NCBI GenBank assembly: GCA_965644495.1
Contig: CBFFSA010000003.1
Location: forward strand, 496,001 to 560,000
Length of the DNA stretch: 64,000 nt
Direction: 5' to 3'
Origin: Perkinsela sp. CCAP 1560/9
Taxonomy: Eukaryota; Protista; Euglenozoa: Kinetoplastea
Positions 21,515 to 33,100 of this stretch are shown here, one piece after another (position 1 is the first letter of the stretch; every line of letters begins with the position of its first letter). The translations under genes were made by a program, and so were the position numbers. Below the pieces are notes generated by a model. It had not been told where the DNA came from. It saw only the letters and a list, made by a program, of their open reading frames with translations, and did not search any database.

Positions 21515-22981
21515 ATGGGTGAAGAAACTGCAGTTCAGTCTACATATCTCTCCCCAGATGAAGCAAACTTCACTATCGATGAAGCGGTCGAGCGTGTTGG
21601 ATTTGGTTTATATCAATGGCGATTACTCGTTTTGTGTGGCACAGCATTCATAGCCGATGCCATGGAAATTGTAATGTTAGCATTCATTGTTAATGTACTA
21701 CAGAAGGAGTTACACTGCAGCAGTTTCGTGATATCCATCGTGGCCTCAGCAGTTTTTGTGGGAATGTTTTTCGGATCCACCGTTCTTGGTCCGGTATCTG
21801 ACGCGATCGGGAGACGCAAATCCTTTGCAATATGCATGGCCTTTACAGGCCTAGCGGGTCTTTTGAGTGCTGCGAGTCAGAATGTATGGATGTTCCTTGT
21901 CACCCGTGCTCTGGTAGGGGTCGGCGTTGGTGGACTTCACATCAGTGTGACACTATTTACAGAATTTCTACCGACGCGTCATCGTGCGCTACAGAACACC
22001 TTGCTGCAGGTTTTCTGGGCACTGGGCGTTGTGATTCAAACCTGTCTTGCGTGGGCGATGCGTGATGTCTCATGGAGATGGTACGTGGTGGTAAGCGCCT
22101 TCCCAGCTTTTATTAGTGGTGCCACGTATTTTCTTATACCAGAAAGCCCACTATACTTACTCATACATGGACGCAAGCGTGAGGCGGTTGCAATCTTGCG
22201 CGCCGTTGCGCATGTAAACGGCACCATTGCGAATCTTCCACATTCTTTTGATATTCACGTTCCACCGTCAATCGCCGCAAAGGATTCGTTTTATACAAGA
22301 GTCAAGTCAATGGTAGGGACTAAATCATTGCGTCGGCTCACACTTTGCTTACTTCTTGTTTGGTTCGTAGGATCATTTGTTTACTGCGGTTCCGTGTTTT
22401 TAACAGCACAGTTAACGTACGGTGATTGGAATCAATATTTAGCCATGTTTATTGTTTCTCTTGCGGAGCTCCCAGGAAAGCTACTATCCTATTGGTTTTT
22501 CGTCTATTGTGGCCGGCGTCACGGAATGACGGCTTCTTCCGCGCTAACTGCGCTCTCTCTTGTGTTTGTTGCCCTGCAAGAACAGCTTCCCGCTTGGTGT
22601 GTCCTGGTTGCAATGGTCATCTATCGTTTAGGTATTGCAGTGTTTCTCACGATGGCGGCACTCTACACGCCAGAAGCGTTCCCAACAGCCGTGCGCTCCA
22701 CAGGATTCGGAATCACGACTGCAGGAAGTCGTATCGCAGGAATGCTTACCCCATTTATTGCTTTGAAAATAAATTCAATCAGTCCCGCACTGTCGAGCTC
22801 ACTGTACGCTGTGGTGACGATGCTTGGTCTTGTAGCGGCCTTTCTTTTGCCATTCGACACCTCAAAGATGAGTTTAGCGCACGACGGAACGGGCAGGGAT
22901 ACGGCGTCTGAGATGAAGTTGTCGGAGTCAGAAGCGAACTCGAAGTACGTGACCTTAGAGAACACGATTTCGGTTTTATGA
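21515..22981 (+). CDS. MFS transporter, SV2/SVOP-like (tandem copy 1 of 4)
   Basis: IDEAVERVGFGLYQWRLL, ADAMEI, motif A SDAIGRRK, PESP, YTPEAFPTAVRSTGFG; ~12 TM. Confidence 0.9.
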   Translation: MGEETAVQSTYLSPDEANFTIDEAVERVGFGLYQWRLLVLCGTAFIADAMEIVMLAFIVNVLQKELHCSSFVISIVASAVFVGMFFGSTVLGPVSDAIGRRKSFAICMAFTGLAGLLSAASQNVWMFLVTRALVGVGVGGLHISVTLFTEFLPTRHRALQNTLLQVFWALGVVIQTCLAWAMRDVSWRWYVVVSAFPAFISGATYFLIPESPLYLLIHGRKREAVAILRAVAHVNGTIANLPHSFDIHVPPSIAAKDSFYTRVKSMVGTKSLRRLTLCLLLVWFVGSFVYCGSVFLTAQLTYGDWNQYLAMFIVSLAELPGKLLSYWFFVYCGRRHGMTASSALTALSLVFVALQEQLPAWCVLVAMVIYRLGIAVFLTMAALYTPEAFPTAVRSTGFGITTAGSRIAGMLTPFIALKINSISPALSSSLYAVVTMLGLVAAFLLPFDTSKMSLAHDGTGRDTASEMKLSESEANSKYVTLENTISVL

Positions 22982-23275
22982 TAGTAGTACATGCAGTATT
23001 ATCTATGTTGTGTGCATTCTCTTTTACATAATGCACCTAGGATCACCTTATACATCTACATTTAGCCGTTCTTAGTTTTCGAACCTTTTTTAGTTTTCTA
23101 CAGTATATCTAATCCTTAGTTTTTTGAACCTTTTTCCAACTGAGCGACGGGCAGCAGTACGTTTGTACTGAGTTTGAACTTTTGAAGTATGGCGCAAGTT
23201 TTTTTTTGTATCTTTTTATAAGCTCGCGTTTTTTTGCATACAACGTACGAGCATGATATTAGAACCATCTTGTAC

Positions 23276-24640
23276 ATGATGGAAACGTGTGACATTGAAC
23301 ATGGGAGTACGGACACCCCGGAGCTTCCGCTTAACGAAGTAATTGAACGTGCAGGACTGGGTCTCTTTCAGTGGCGCTTATTATTTTTATGCGGTACTGC
23401 TTTTGTTGCCGATGCAATGGAAATTGTTATGATGGCTTTTATCATACGAATTCTAGTGAAAGAGTTTTCTTGCAGTCATTTCACAGTATCTATAGTCGCA
23501 GCAGCTGCGTTTGTTGGTATGTTTTTTGGTTCGACAGTACTTGGGTCTGTATCAGACGTTGTTGGTAGGCGAAAGTCACTTGCGATATGTATGGCTTTTA
23601 CAGGAGTTGCTGGTGTTCTAAGCGCGGTCAGTCCAAATGTTTGGGTATTTTTACTTTTTCGTGTTCTCGTTGGAGTTGGAGTCGGTGGACTGCATATCAG
23701 TATTACTCTGTTTACAGAGTTTCTTCCACGTAAGCATCGGGCTTTGATGCTTACGCTTATTCAGACCTTTTGGGCGATCGGTACTATCATGCAGTGCGGG
23801 ATAGCATGGGCAATGCAGGACGTCTCTTGGCGGTGGTACGTGGCAGTGAGTGCGCTTCCGTCGTTTTTTAGTGGTCTTACTTACTTTGCTGTTCCCGAGA
23901 GTCCGATATTTCTACATGTTAATGGTTTCCACAGGGAGGCACTGGCATTGCTTTGTCGCGTTGCAGCGGTGAATAAGTCAAGGTCGAATCTTCCGGAGTG
24001 TTTTACATTGACAAAACAAACACAACATTCCACGGTTGGGTTCCGCGAAAGAATTTCTCTGCTTTCGAAGGAGGGTACACGCAGATTAGTCGGGTGCCTC
24101 TCTTTCATATGGTTTAGCGGATCTTTCGTCTATTATGGCTCAGTTTTTTTGACTGCGCTTCTGAGTTATGGACACTATAATCCCTACGTTGCTATGATGA
24201 TTATCACTATTTCCGAATTTCCAGGAAAAATAGGGACGTATCTTTGCGCAGAATACATGGGGCGGCGTTCAGCTCTGATTGCGTCTTCGTGCGTCACAGC
24301 ATTGAGTCTCTGTCTTTTGGGTGCTCAAGTACACTTGCCGCTGTGGCTCGTAGTTACCAGTATGGCTATCTATCGTCTTGCCATCTCAATATTCATTACT
24401 GTTACATGCATTTATTGCCCTGAAGCTTTTCCAGCTGATATCCGCTCAACAGGTTTCGGTTTTTCGATTGCCTTCGGTAGAGTTGCTGGAATGCTAACCC
24501 CTTTCGTTGCTATTTTAGTAACGAATATTAACGTCTCGCTTAGCGCATCACTTTATGCCGTGGTCATGTGCATAGGACTTGGTTTCGCAATAGCTCTGCC
24601 CTTTGACACGACTGAAATGTCTCTGACTAGAGTATCTTAA
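23276..24640 (+). CDS. MFS transporter, SV2/SVOP-like (copy 2)
   Basis: GLGLFQWRLL, ADAMEI, SDVVGRRK, PESP, YCPEAFPADIRSTGFG. Confidence 0.9.
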   Translation: MMETCDIEHGSTDTPELPLNEVIERAGLGLFQWRLLFLCGTAFVADAMEIVMMAFIIRILVKEFSCSHFTVSIVAAAAFVGMFFGSTVLGSVSDVVGRRKSLAICMAFTGVAGVLSAVSPNVWVFLLFRVLVGVGVGGLHISITLFTEFLPRKHRALMLTLIQTFWAIGTIMQCGIAWAMQDVSWRWYVAVSALPSFFSGLTYFAVPESPIFLHVNGFHREALALLCRVAAVNKSRSNLPECFTLTKQTQHSTVGFRERISLLSKEGTRRLVGCLSFIWFSGSFVYYGSVFLTALLSYGHYNPYVAMMIITISEFPGKIGTYLCAEYMGRRSALIASSCVTALSLCLLGAQVHLPLWLVVTSMAIYRLAISIFITVTCIYCPEAFPADIRSTGFGFSIAFGRVAGMLTPFVAILVTNINVSLSASLYAVVMCIGLGFAIALPFDTTEMSLTRVS

Positions 24641-25052
24641 TTATCAGAGTAGAGAAACGGAATTTAGTCCTTTAAACACGAAAAATTATGGAGTTTCAGT
24701 TTCTTTCTTAGGACGCTTACTATACTGTACCCCTCCGTGCAGGTTCCCCCCTTAATAGGCTCTATTTTTTCGAGAACCGGTGAATTCTCGCATGGTACTC
24801 CATTATTGCCCTCTCACCTTTATAGGTTCACTTGGGCAAAAGCGAGGCTAATCTAAACCGGGGTACCTCATATTAGGAGAGGAAAAAACTTACTTCAAAG
24901 TTGTTTAGCTCGAACGACAGCGAAACAAACACTTATCGTATGGTTCTTAAGAAACAATTTATCTTCCATCGTTTCCCCCTTCCGATTGCACTTTATCTTT
25001 TCCATTCCTTCCTTCAGCTCCCCATTATTTTATTTTAAACCAAAACCCTGCA

Positions 25053-26543
25053 ATGGCGTCTTCCCTGCCTGAATCAGAGCAAGCCCCCGACCTACGCGAA
25101 ACCCCGGTACCCCCACTCACCCCCGCACGCCCCGCGCTTACGGTGGAGCGCGTCGTCCACGACATCGGGTTTGGTCGGTTCCAGTGGCAACTGCTCGTGC
25201 TGTGTGGGATTCCCATGATGGCGGACTCCATGGAGGCGCTCCTGATGGCCTTCGTGACGGAGACCGCCCAGGCGGACTACGGCTGCTCCCCCACCCACAT
25301 GTCCTTTGTGGCGCTCTGTGTGTTCCTGGGCATGGCCCTCGGCTCCACGTTCTTCGGGTACCTCTCCGACCGGTTTGGGCGAAAAAAAGGCCTGTTCTGG
25401 AGTATGGCCGCGACGGCGGTGTTTGGTGCGCTCAGCGCGCTGAGTCCGAATGTTTGGTGGCTTATGCTGCTGCGTGCGCTCACGGGGATTGGTATTGGGG
25501 GGTTTCACACAGGGGTTACGCTGTACACGGAGCTGTTGCCGACCCACACCCGGTCGCTGCAGCTTACGATTATTCAGTCCTTCTGGGCACTTGGGGTGTT
25601 GCTGCAGTGTGTGCTGGCGTGGACGATGTGTGAGTTGTCCTGGCGCTGGCTCGTGCTGGCCACCGCGGTGCCCGCGGCTATTAGCTGTACCACGTATCTT
25701 CTGATCCCGGAGAGTCCGCGGTTCTTGGTTCTCCATGATCGTCCGGAGGAGGCGAAAAAGGTATTGCTGCGTGCAGCGGTGAAAAATAAAAAGCTAGATG
25801 TACTTCCTGAAGCGTTTGATTTACGCTCTGGGGAAACTGTTACGGAAAGGGCCGGTATACGAGACCGTTTTGCACCGCTGGTTCGTACGGCCGCGATGCG
25901 GCGTTTGACTGTTACAGTGTCGTTAGTCTGGTTTACTGCACTGTTTTCGTACTATGGAGTTGTGTTCCTTACTGCACAGAGTAGTTATGGTATTAGCAAT
26001 CGTTATGTCGAGCACCTTGTTGTTTCCTTCGCGGAAGTTCCCGCCTATGTTGGTACCTTCTTTTTCTCCATCCGATTTGGTCGTAAGAAGGGAATGATTA
26101 TCTCGTCCACGTGTACGGCGTGCTGTATGCTTGTTTTAGCCTTTCAGGAATCAATTCCCCGAGAAGCCAATTTCTGTCTCATGTTTTTTTGTAGATGGAG
26201 CATTGCGATCTTTTTTGCCCTTGCTGTTCTTTATACTCCGGAGGCCTTTCCAACCAGTGTCAGAGCCACTGGTTTTGGCATTGCAAGCACATGTGCTAGA
26301 ATCGGGTGCATGCTGACACCATTTGTCGCGATAAAAGTGCGCTCAGTGAGCGTACTTGCTGCAGCTATGGTTTATGTAGGTGTGCTTTGCGTAGGAGTAA
26401 TCTCTTCTTGCCTGCTTCCTTTTGATACATCAAACAAATCGCTTCGCGAAAACGATTTGTCATTACTTTCTCATAATGATTCGTCTCTTGGGGCCTCCTC
26501 CCCACAGGTGCCAGCGAATAGTGAAGACGAAATCAAGGCATAA
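25053..26543 (+). CDS. MFS transporter, SV2/SVOP-like (copy 3)
   Basis: GFGRFQWQLL, ADSME, SDRFGRKK, PESPRFL, YTPEAFPTSVRATGFG. Confidence 0.9.
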   Translation: MASSLPESEQAPDLRETPVPPLTPARPALTVERVVHDIGFGRFQWQLLVLCGIPMMADSMEALLMAFVTETAQADYGCSPTHMSFVALCVFLGMALGSTFFGYLSDRFGRKKGLFWSMAATAVFGALSALSPNVWWLMLLRALTGIGIGGFHTGVTLYTELLPTHTRSLQLTIIQSFWALGVLLQCVLAWTMCELSWRWLVLATAVPAAISCTTYLLIPESPRFLVLHDRPEEAKKVLLRAAVKNKKLDVLPEAFDLRSGETVTERAGIRDRFAPLVRTAAMRRLTVTVSLVWFTALFSYYGVVFLTAQSSYGISNRYVEHLVVSFAEVPAYVGTFFFSIRFGRKKGMIISSTCTACCMLVLAFQESIPREANFCLMFFCRWSIAIFFALAVLYTPEAFPTSVRATGFGIASTCARIGCMLTPFVAIKVRSVSVLAAAMVYVGVLCVGVISSCLLPFDTSNKSLRENDLSLLSHNDSSLGASSPQVPANSEDEIKA

Positions 26544-27259
26544 TAACAAGAGTTAGGATACTTCTGGAAATTAGGGTTGTGTGTGTGCGACAACTTTAGT
26601 TTATTTCTGGTTTACAGTTAATTTAAGTAATTGATTGTAAGTAATCACTGTCGTAAATCGGTTATCTCGACCAGTAAATAATAATTTTAACTTAAATTCA
26701 AATGATTTGAATATTTCGGATAATGTGGTCGTGTAGTGTGATATGATAAACACTAGTTACTTTTCATAACTTTCCATAAGTTCACCTGTACGTGAATATT
26801 TCACGTAATAGCACAATAGAAGAATGAAAAAACTCCTCTATCAACAAGACTAACGCCAAACTAAATTGTATGAATCCTGTGTTCCTGTAGGATTCTGAAA
26901 CAGACATTTTTCAATAGTCCCATTTGGAGAGGCTTTCTGTTTTGTAATGTCAATCATGTGTATAATGTTAATAATTGGCACCACACTGTTTTTGCGTCGA
27001 ACTGCAAGGGTAACATTATTGCAACCGTAATAGGCGATTAAAACTGAGTTGACTGTCTTGTGTACAAGGACACGTATACGAATGGGTATTTATTTGCACG
27101 GGAACTACAAGTCAAATGTACTACTGAATTTTTATTCCATGACAAGCCGCATTAGTATTAAAATTTAGCCTTCAATAACTACAAAATAACTACGAATATA
27201 TTTGAGTAAGCACGCACTATACGGAAACGGACTGTAGGCTGAATATATCTATCACTAGC

Positions 27260-28723
27260 ATGAATGAAGGCCTCAAGGAGACGAGAAATGGTCAAGACGA
27301 TGGGAAGACCGATGAGACATCCTTGTCGGGCGATGTTTCATTGGAACCGGTGGTCTGCGAGAAAAACATTACGATCGAGGAAGCGCTTAGCCTTGCTGGC
27401 TTAGGTTCGTATCAGTGGCGACTTTTAATATCTTGCGCCGTCCCTTGCATTGCAGATGCCATGGAAGTCCTGCTCATGGCCTTTATTACTAACGAAGCTC
27501 AGTCTGATCTAGGATGTTCATCATGGGAAATATCTCTTATTGCAGCAGCAATGTTTTTCGGACAATTTATTGGTTCTCCAACATTGGGGTATTTGGCAGA
27601 CAGGATAGGCCGACGCAGGACAATTTTTATAGCCATGGTGTTACAATTTCTGATGGGCGCTTTAAGTGCGCTCAGTACTCAAGTTTGGATGTTGCTCGTG
27701 ACGAGAATGTTGGTAGGGTTTTCAATTGGTGGGCTGCATGTATGTGTTACCCTGTATTCTGAATTTCTCCCTACTTTGGAAAGAACCTTTCCACTCACTT
27801 TGCTCCAAGCTTTCTGGCCTTTAGGTTCTTTGCTTCAGTGTTGCTTAGCGTGGGCAGTATTGCCTCGCACGTCTTGGCGGTACCTAGTTGCGATTAGTTG
27901 TATACCTTCTTTTGTTGGAATTATATCTTGCTGGTTTCTTCCGGAGAGTCCAAGGTACCTGCTGGTTCAGGGGTCATGCACAAAGTCAAAAAATATAATT
28001 CTTAAAATTGCCTCAGTAAATCGGCGCGCAATGTGTCTTCCAACTCATTTCAATCTTGTTTTTCATGAATCATGTTCAGGTCATAAAAAGAATTCCTTGC
28101 CTTCATCACGTAGAGTTTATCAGCTCTTGCATAACCCAGAGATGCGTCGCCTGACTCTTTGTTTATGCACCATTTGGTTTGCCACGTCTTTCGTATATTG
28201 TGGTCTCGTTTTTCTAACATCAAACTTGCGGTTTTCCGCGCGATCCCCTTACTTATCTATGCTACTTGTTGTGCTTGCCGAACTACCTGCTTATGTAATA
28301 ACTTTTTTGTTTTCTATGCGTCTGGGACGACGCCGGGGAATGATTCTGTCTTCCGCAGGAGGGGTTCTGTGTACAGCCGCACTCAGTCTTCAGGACTACA
28401 TTCCTTTTCCGGCGACAATTAGTTTTATGTGCGGTAGTCGCTTATGTCTTGCTGTATTATTTGCTTTGGCTGTGCTTTACACACCGGAGGCTTTTCCGAC
28501 CCAAGCACGTTCCACTGGCGTGGGTCTTACCATGGCGTGTGCACGATTCGCTGGAATCTGGACTCCGTTTGTCGCGATATCGCTTCATTCAGTTCAAGTG
28601 ATCGCCACTGCCTCCACGTATGCAGTAATCTTATGTATAGGAACGGCTGCTGCTGTATGTCTACCTTTTGATACCCACAATCGTCCTCTAGATGATGTTG
28701 TGGATGATTCTGATAGTAACTAA
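27260..28723 (+). CDS. MFS transporter, SV2/SVOP-like (copy 4)
   Basis: GLGSYQWRLL, ADAMEV, ADRIGRRR, PESPRYL, YTPEAFPTQARSTGVG. Confidence 0.9.
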   Translation: MNEGLKETRNGQDDGKTDETSLSGDVSLEPVVCEKNITIEEALSLAGLGSYQWRLLISCAVPCIADAMEVLLMAFITNEAQSDLGCSSWEISLIAAAMFFGQFIGSPTLGYLADRIGRRRTIFIAMVLQFLMGALSALSTQVWMLLVTRMLVGFSIGGLHVCVTLYSEFLPTLERTFPLTLLQAFWPLGSLLQCCLAWAVLPRTSWRYLVAISCIPSFVGIISCWFLPESPRYLLVQGSCTKSKNIILKIASVNRRAMCLPTHFNLVFHESCSGHKKNSLPSSRRVYQLLHNPEMRRLTLCLCTIWFATSFVYCGLVFLTSNLRFSARSPYLSMLLVVLAELPAYVITFLFSMRLGRRRGMILSSAGGVLCTAALSLQDYIPFPATISFMCGSRLCLAVLFALAVLYTPEAFPTQARSTGVGLTMACARFAGIWTPFVAISLHSVQVIATASTYAVILCIGTAAAVCLPFDTHNRPLDDVVDDSDSN

Positions 28724-29177
28724 GAATTACGGTCATATCAATTCTTGTTTACATTGGTAATATTTAAGTTATTACCAAGTACTAAAGAGATTAAATTTAA
28801 GGTGCCAAAATAATTTAACTGAGGTTTATCCACCGTTGCTGATTTCCAGATGTTGCTTAACATTGTTCGCGTAAATGAAAGTTTCGTTAATCAGACACTT
28901 CACCACATAATCGTAAATAAGGATTCTAAAATTTACATCTAAGCGCGCATTCAATAAAAGAATATACTGTAGAAGAGCATACTATAAAAGAATCGGTGGA
29001 ATCTCCGATCGATGGGTAGTCACGCACAAAGAGAAATACAAAAACAAACGAGGAGAGATTTGTTTCTAAAGAAATATATTTCAACCTACTTTTATACTTC
29101 CTGTTACACACGGAGTTCTTCGAATAACTACTGTACTTCGCAGTGGCTAGTTGGTATTTGCATGTATAAAGGTTTTT

Positions 29178-29903
29178 ATGTTTTCCCCCGAAGATGTGCG
29201 CAGAATATCACCAGAACGCGCTATTTTCCGAGAGCCTCTCGAGCTTGTGTGTGAATCAAAAGGAAGGCGTTTGCCCCGGGACAGTAAGAATCCACGATGG
29301 ACACCTGGTGTCCACCGCTTTTCTTTTACAATAGTTCGTCCGGATCTAAAATCTTTAGAACCTCAGAAGGCGGATGGTGGTGATGAGTTTGCTACGCAAT
29401 CGTTTAAAGATAGATGTAAGAAAGAGTCATGTTTAACTTTTTCTATGCTCCGTATGCGGTGCACAATCTTGCAACTCGAAGCTGCAGATAATAAACCTAA
29501 GAGGTCCAGGAATGCGGCAGCGTCATCAAGGAGTTCGACGCTACCGCACTATATCAAAGCGCCTTGGGCTACTGATGCCTCGATAATGTTAAAAGCGGAC
29601 GATGTTCTTTCAAAGTGTGTATCATCAAAGGCCTACAACCTGGGCAAACCAAGTTCGTATTCGTTTATGATGGCAGTTGATCTCAACACGAGATCCTATG
29701 GGAAGGAGAACAATTATATGAAAACTGGTCATACGCTTTCCAATGTGTATTCGCTATTGTTTACCTTGGAACCGGTAGAAAATACGGAGACACACGTGCT
29801 ATGGAAAATGTTTCTACGGACTGTGGATCTTGATTCCGATCTTTGTCCCCTTTTCCCATTTTGCTTGGGCTCCTATTGCACAAACCAGTTTCAGTTATAC
29901 TAA
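29178..29903 (+). CDS. Hypothetical protein (~241 aa)
   Basis: Long + strand ORF in a gene-sized slot between AT-rich spacers; no motif recognised. Confidence 0.6.
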   Translation: MFSPEDVRRISPERAIFREPLELVCESKGRRLPRDSKNPRWTPGVHRFSFTIVRPDLKSLEPQKADGGDEFATQSFKDRCKKESCLTFSMLRMRCTILQLEAADNKPKRSRNAAASSRSSTLPHYIKAPWATDASIMLKADDVLSKCVSSKAYNLGKPSSYSFMMAVDLNTRSYGKENNYMKTGHTLSNVYSLLFTLEPVENTETHVLWKMFLRTVDLDSDLCPLFPFCLGSYCTNQFQLY

Positions 29904-30116
29904 ACTGTTTTTTCCGTTGTTTGAGTTTGATATTATACCGCTGGAGCTCTGTATAATGAGTGTATCTAAATGAGTGATAAATGAGTGTAACCAAATATTA
30001 AGATTGTTTTTTGAAACTTTTAAAGAAATGCTAAATTCGGGTAAAGTTTACTTAGTTTTCTTTGCTAATAAAGAGTATACTATGGATTGAACGTATAGCT
30101 GATTTATCTTAGAGCA

Positions 30117-33100
30117 ATGTCGTGTGACACTGGGGCACTTGGAGAGAACTCGCTTTTTCTACCACAAGACACGACAAGATCACGATCAAGATCGTTTGCG
30201 GCGGAACTCAATTGGTGTGAGCTGCTTTACCAGGAGTTGTTGATTCTAGGAAAAGAATTGCAAATACATGACGATGCCGGAACTATGAGTAGGTATACAT
30301 CTCTCATTAAGACATCTCTAACAAAAGTATCTGTTATATCTCGCGGTTCCAGAATTCCAGTTATAAATTTCGAAATCTTAGATCCTTTATTTGCAATTGC
30401 GGAAGGTGAAGAAACATCCCATACAATGACAGCACGCGTTTTTTCTTGCTTTCTTGCTCTCCTGCGAATGTGTTCGTCAGACATCACTATAAGCAACTTA
30501 AGCGATATTATTGAATCAGTTTCGCGCTCCCGTTGGGAGTTAACTGATGCTGCTGATCACGAAAGTACCGTGGCTAATGGTATTGAAGTTTTAAGAGAAT
30601 GTGTACGTCACAGAGCCTATATAAAGCTCGATAATGCTGTTCACGTTAATTTGCTTGCATACAGTTTATTCATGGCCATTCAAATGGAAAGTTCTAACCT
30701 TCTTCGGAATGCTGGAATGCAAACAATCCTTACGATTTGTGAGGTGGGGTTTATTAATGCTGCGAGCGCAGATGATGCAGATAAGATCTGCACAGTCATA
30801 AAACAGATCTCCGTTTGGATTTCATGCCGAAATGCGCAGGACGTTCAATCGCAACTTCTGAATGTGTCGGACACGCCTTATCACTGCACTCCTGATGACG
30901 CCGCTTCCTTGAGAGTTCAGTTAATTGGTCTACATGCAGCTCACCGATTGGTCTTTTCCATTCCTCACAGCTTGTTTTGTGTTCCAAACATAGAACATGC
31001 ACTCTTCTATAATGTGGGCAGAATGGTCTTAGAAGTTGTGAGCAATGTCAAACTAGGTGAGCAATCACGACAGTTGGCACGTCATGTTGTGCATACTTTA
31101 TTTCGCATAAATCCAGTAAAAGCTGCCCCACTCACATTGAGTGTAGCTGGTCTTTTACTGTTTCCTTCTTGCAGAAGTAGCAACAGTGCCTTTAATGTGT
31201 CGCGATGCCTTGCGGATGTTTCCTCAGAAGCGATGTGCAGCCCACCTATGGACGATACGTTACAGTGGATGTGTCAACTGTGTTCAGATCCAAGATTTGT
31301 TCTCCATTCATGTTCAGAATATGACCTTCATCGTTTTAAGCCCGACGTGTTTGCCACTGTTTGTAGGCATATTTTATTTATGCTCTCCTCCAGTCAACCG
31401 GTGAAGGAGAAAGAACTAGCAATGCAAGCTATAGTGAACATTCTAACGAGCTTAGCTACTGTATTGTACAAGAATACAACGATAGAGTGTTCGCCTCACG
31501 TGCTCGACATTTATGAGCAAGCCGCACTACGAAAAACAAAAGTGCAATCATTCCTGGAAACTTTTTCCGAATCCCCATTAGATGCGGTTTCACTGCTTGG
31601 GACCATATTTTCATTCACTTCTGACGAACTACAAATAGAGGGTTTTCAAGTTGGAAAACAGTTTTATCTATTGCGTCATTCGCTGGATAAAACGAAACTA
31701 GGATGTTTTTTAACAGATATCGGTTCGAAAAGCGATTCTGTGATCCGAAGTGCGGTCAAGGATCACGTCGAGTTTCACCGCACGCTTCTTCAGGGTTTTA
31801 TTGAGAGCCACGATTTTGAAGGAAAAGCGTTGATTACATCTCTTCGTGAAACGTTAGCAGGATTTCACATGCCAGGAGAAGCTCAGAAGATCGATCGTGT
31901 TATCGAGACATTTTCGCAGTCATGGTATTCCTTGAACCATACAAACGCTGCAGTGAATCCATTCCCTAGCGTTGAGTTGGCGTTTCTTTATACATTTAGT
32001 TGTGTCATATTGGCGACAAATTTGCACAACCCTTCTGTTTCTTCAAGAGAAAAAATGTCAGAAGAGACGTTTACGCAGATGATATCTGGTGCCAATGGGG
32101 CAGAATCAATTCCACAGGACTACATTGCAACGACATTCCGCGACATTTCTCATATGCCATTATCATTACGTGATCCCATTTATGAAATTCAGGTTGATAA
32201 AAATTGGTACGAAATGATTCTGGAACAACACACAAAAAGCTTATGGGATGAAACATCACCAGGTAGAGCAATTATTGACTCTACACTCGAAACTCCATCG
32301 ACCTTAGTGGATGCAGCATTACTTGCCTTTCTAGTAGCAAAAGACCACATTCTTACTGCACTTTCGGCAGGTTTGGCAACGGAATATGAAAACAAAATTA
32401 ATTTGCAACAAACTTCTCCTTCAGACTGTGGAGGTATTCTGTGCCCGAAAGTCCCTGTTCGTCTGGATGCAGAAATAGTATTGCACCAGTTAATGTCTGT
32501 TGAAGCATTATTACCTCTTGACCATGTCTCGATAATAGGAGAATCTTACCGCTGGTTGGCTTTGCTGGCAAATAGATTGCAGGATACGGAGTTTATGAAT
32601 AAAATATTGTTGTCGCTTTTTCCATATACTATGGACTACTCGCTTACACGCATTGACGTCTCTTCCGCTAGGCCAGATAGTGCAGTGAAAAATTTGTCTG
32701 TGAGCGTAATTCTTAACATAGTGCATTTGTATTCTTCACATATTCGCGAAACTTGGCCTGATGTGTTTGGACTAATGACTCGACTTTTTCTGTTAGGCAT
32801 GTGGCCAGACCAGAAGGTCAAGTCGCTTGGTGCTGGGCAAGGAGGTGGCGCTCACACACTTGCCAGTATGAACTTCATCATGGACACGATGAGGTCCAAC
32901 ACGTTCAGCTTCATCTTTTTTTCTTATATGCCTTCAAATGGTGTAAGACGGGAAAGTCATGAAGGCCAGACAAAAAACTCTGAGAATGATGGTTGGTTCG
33001 GACCTTTAGCCAAAGGAACTGAGCAGGGTGTTTCCACTGAGGAATCATCCACAAGATCAAATGATGATCGATCATTGCTTCAGGGATATAGTATTCCACA

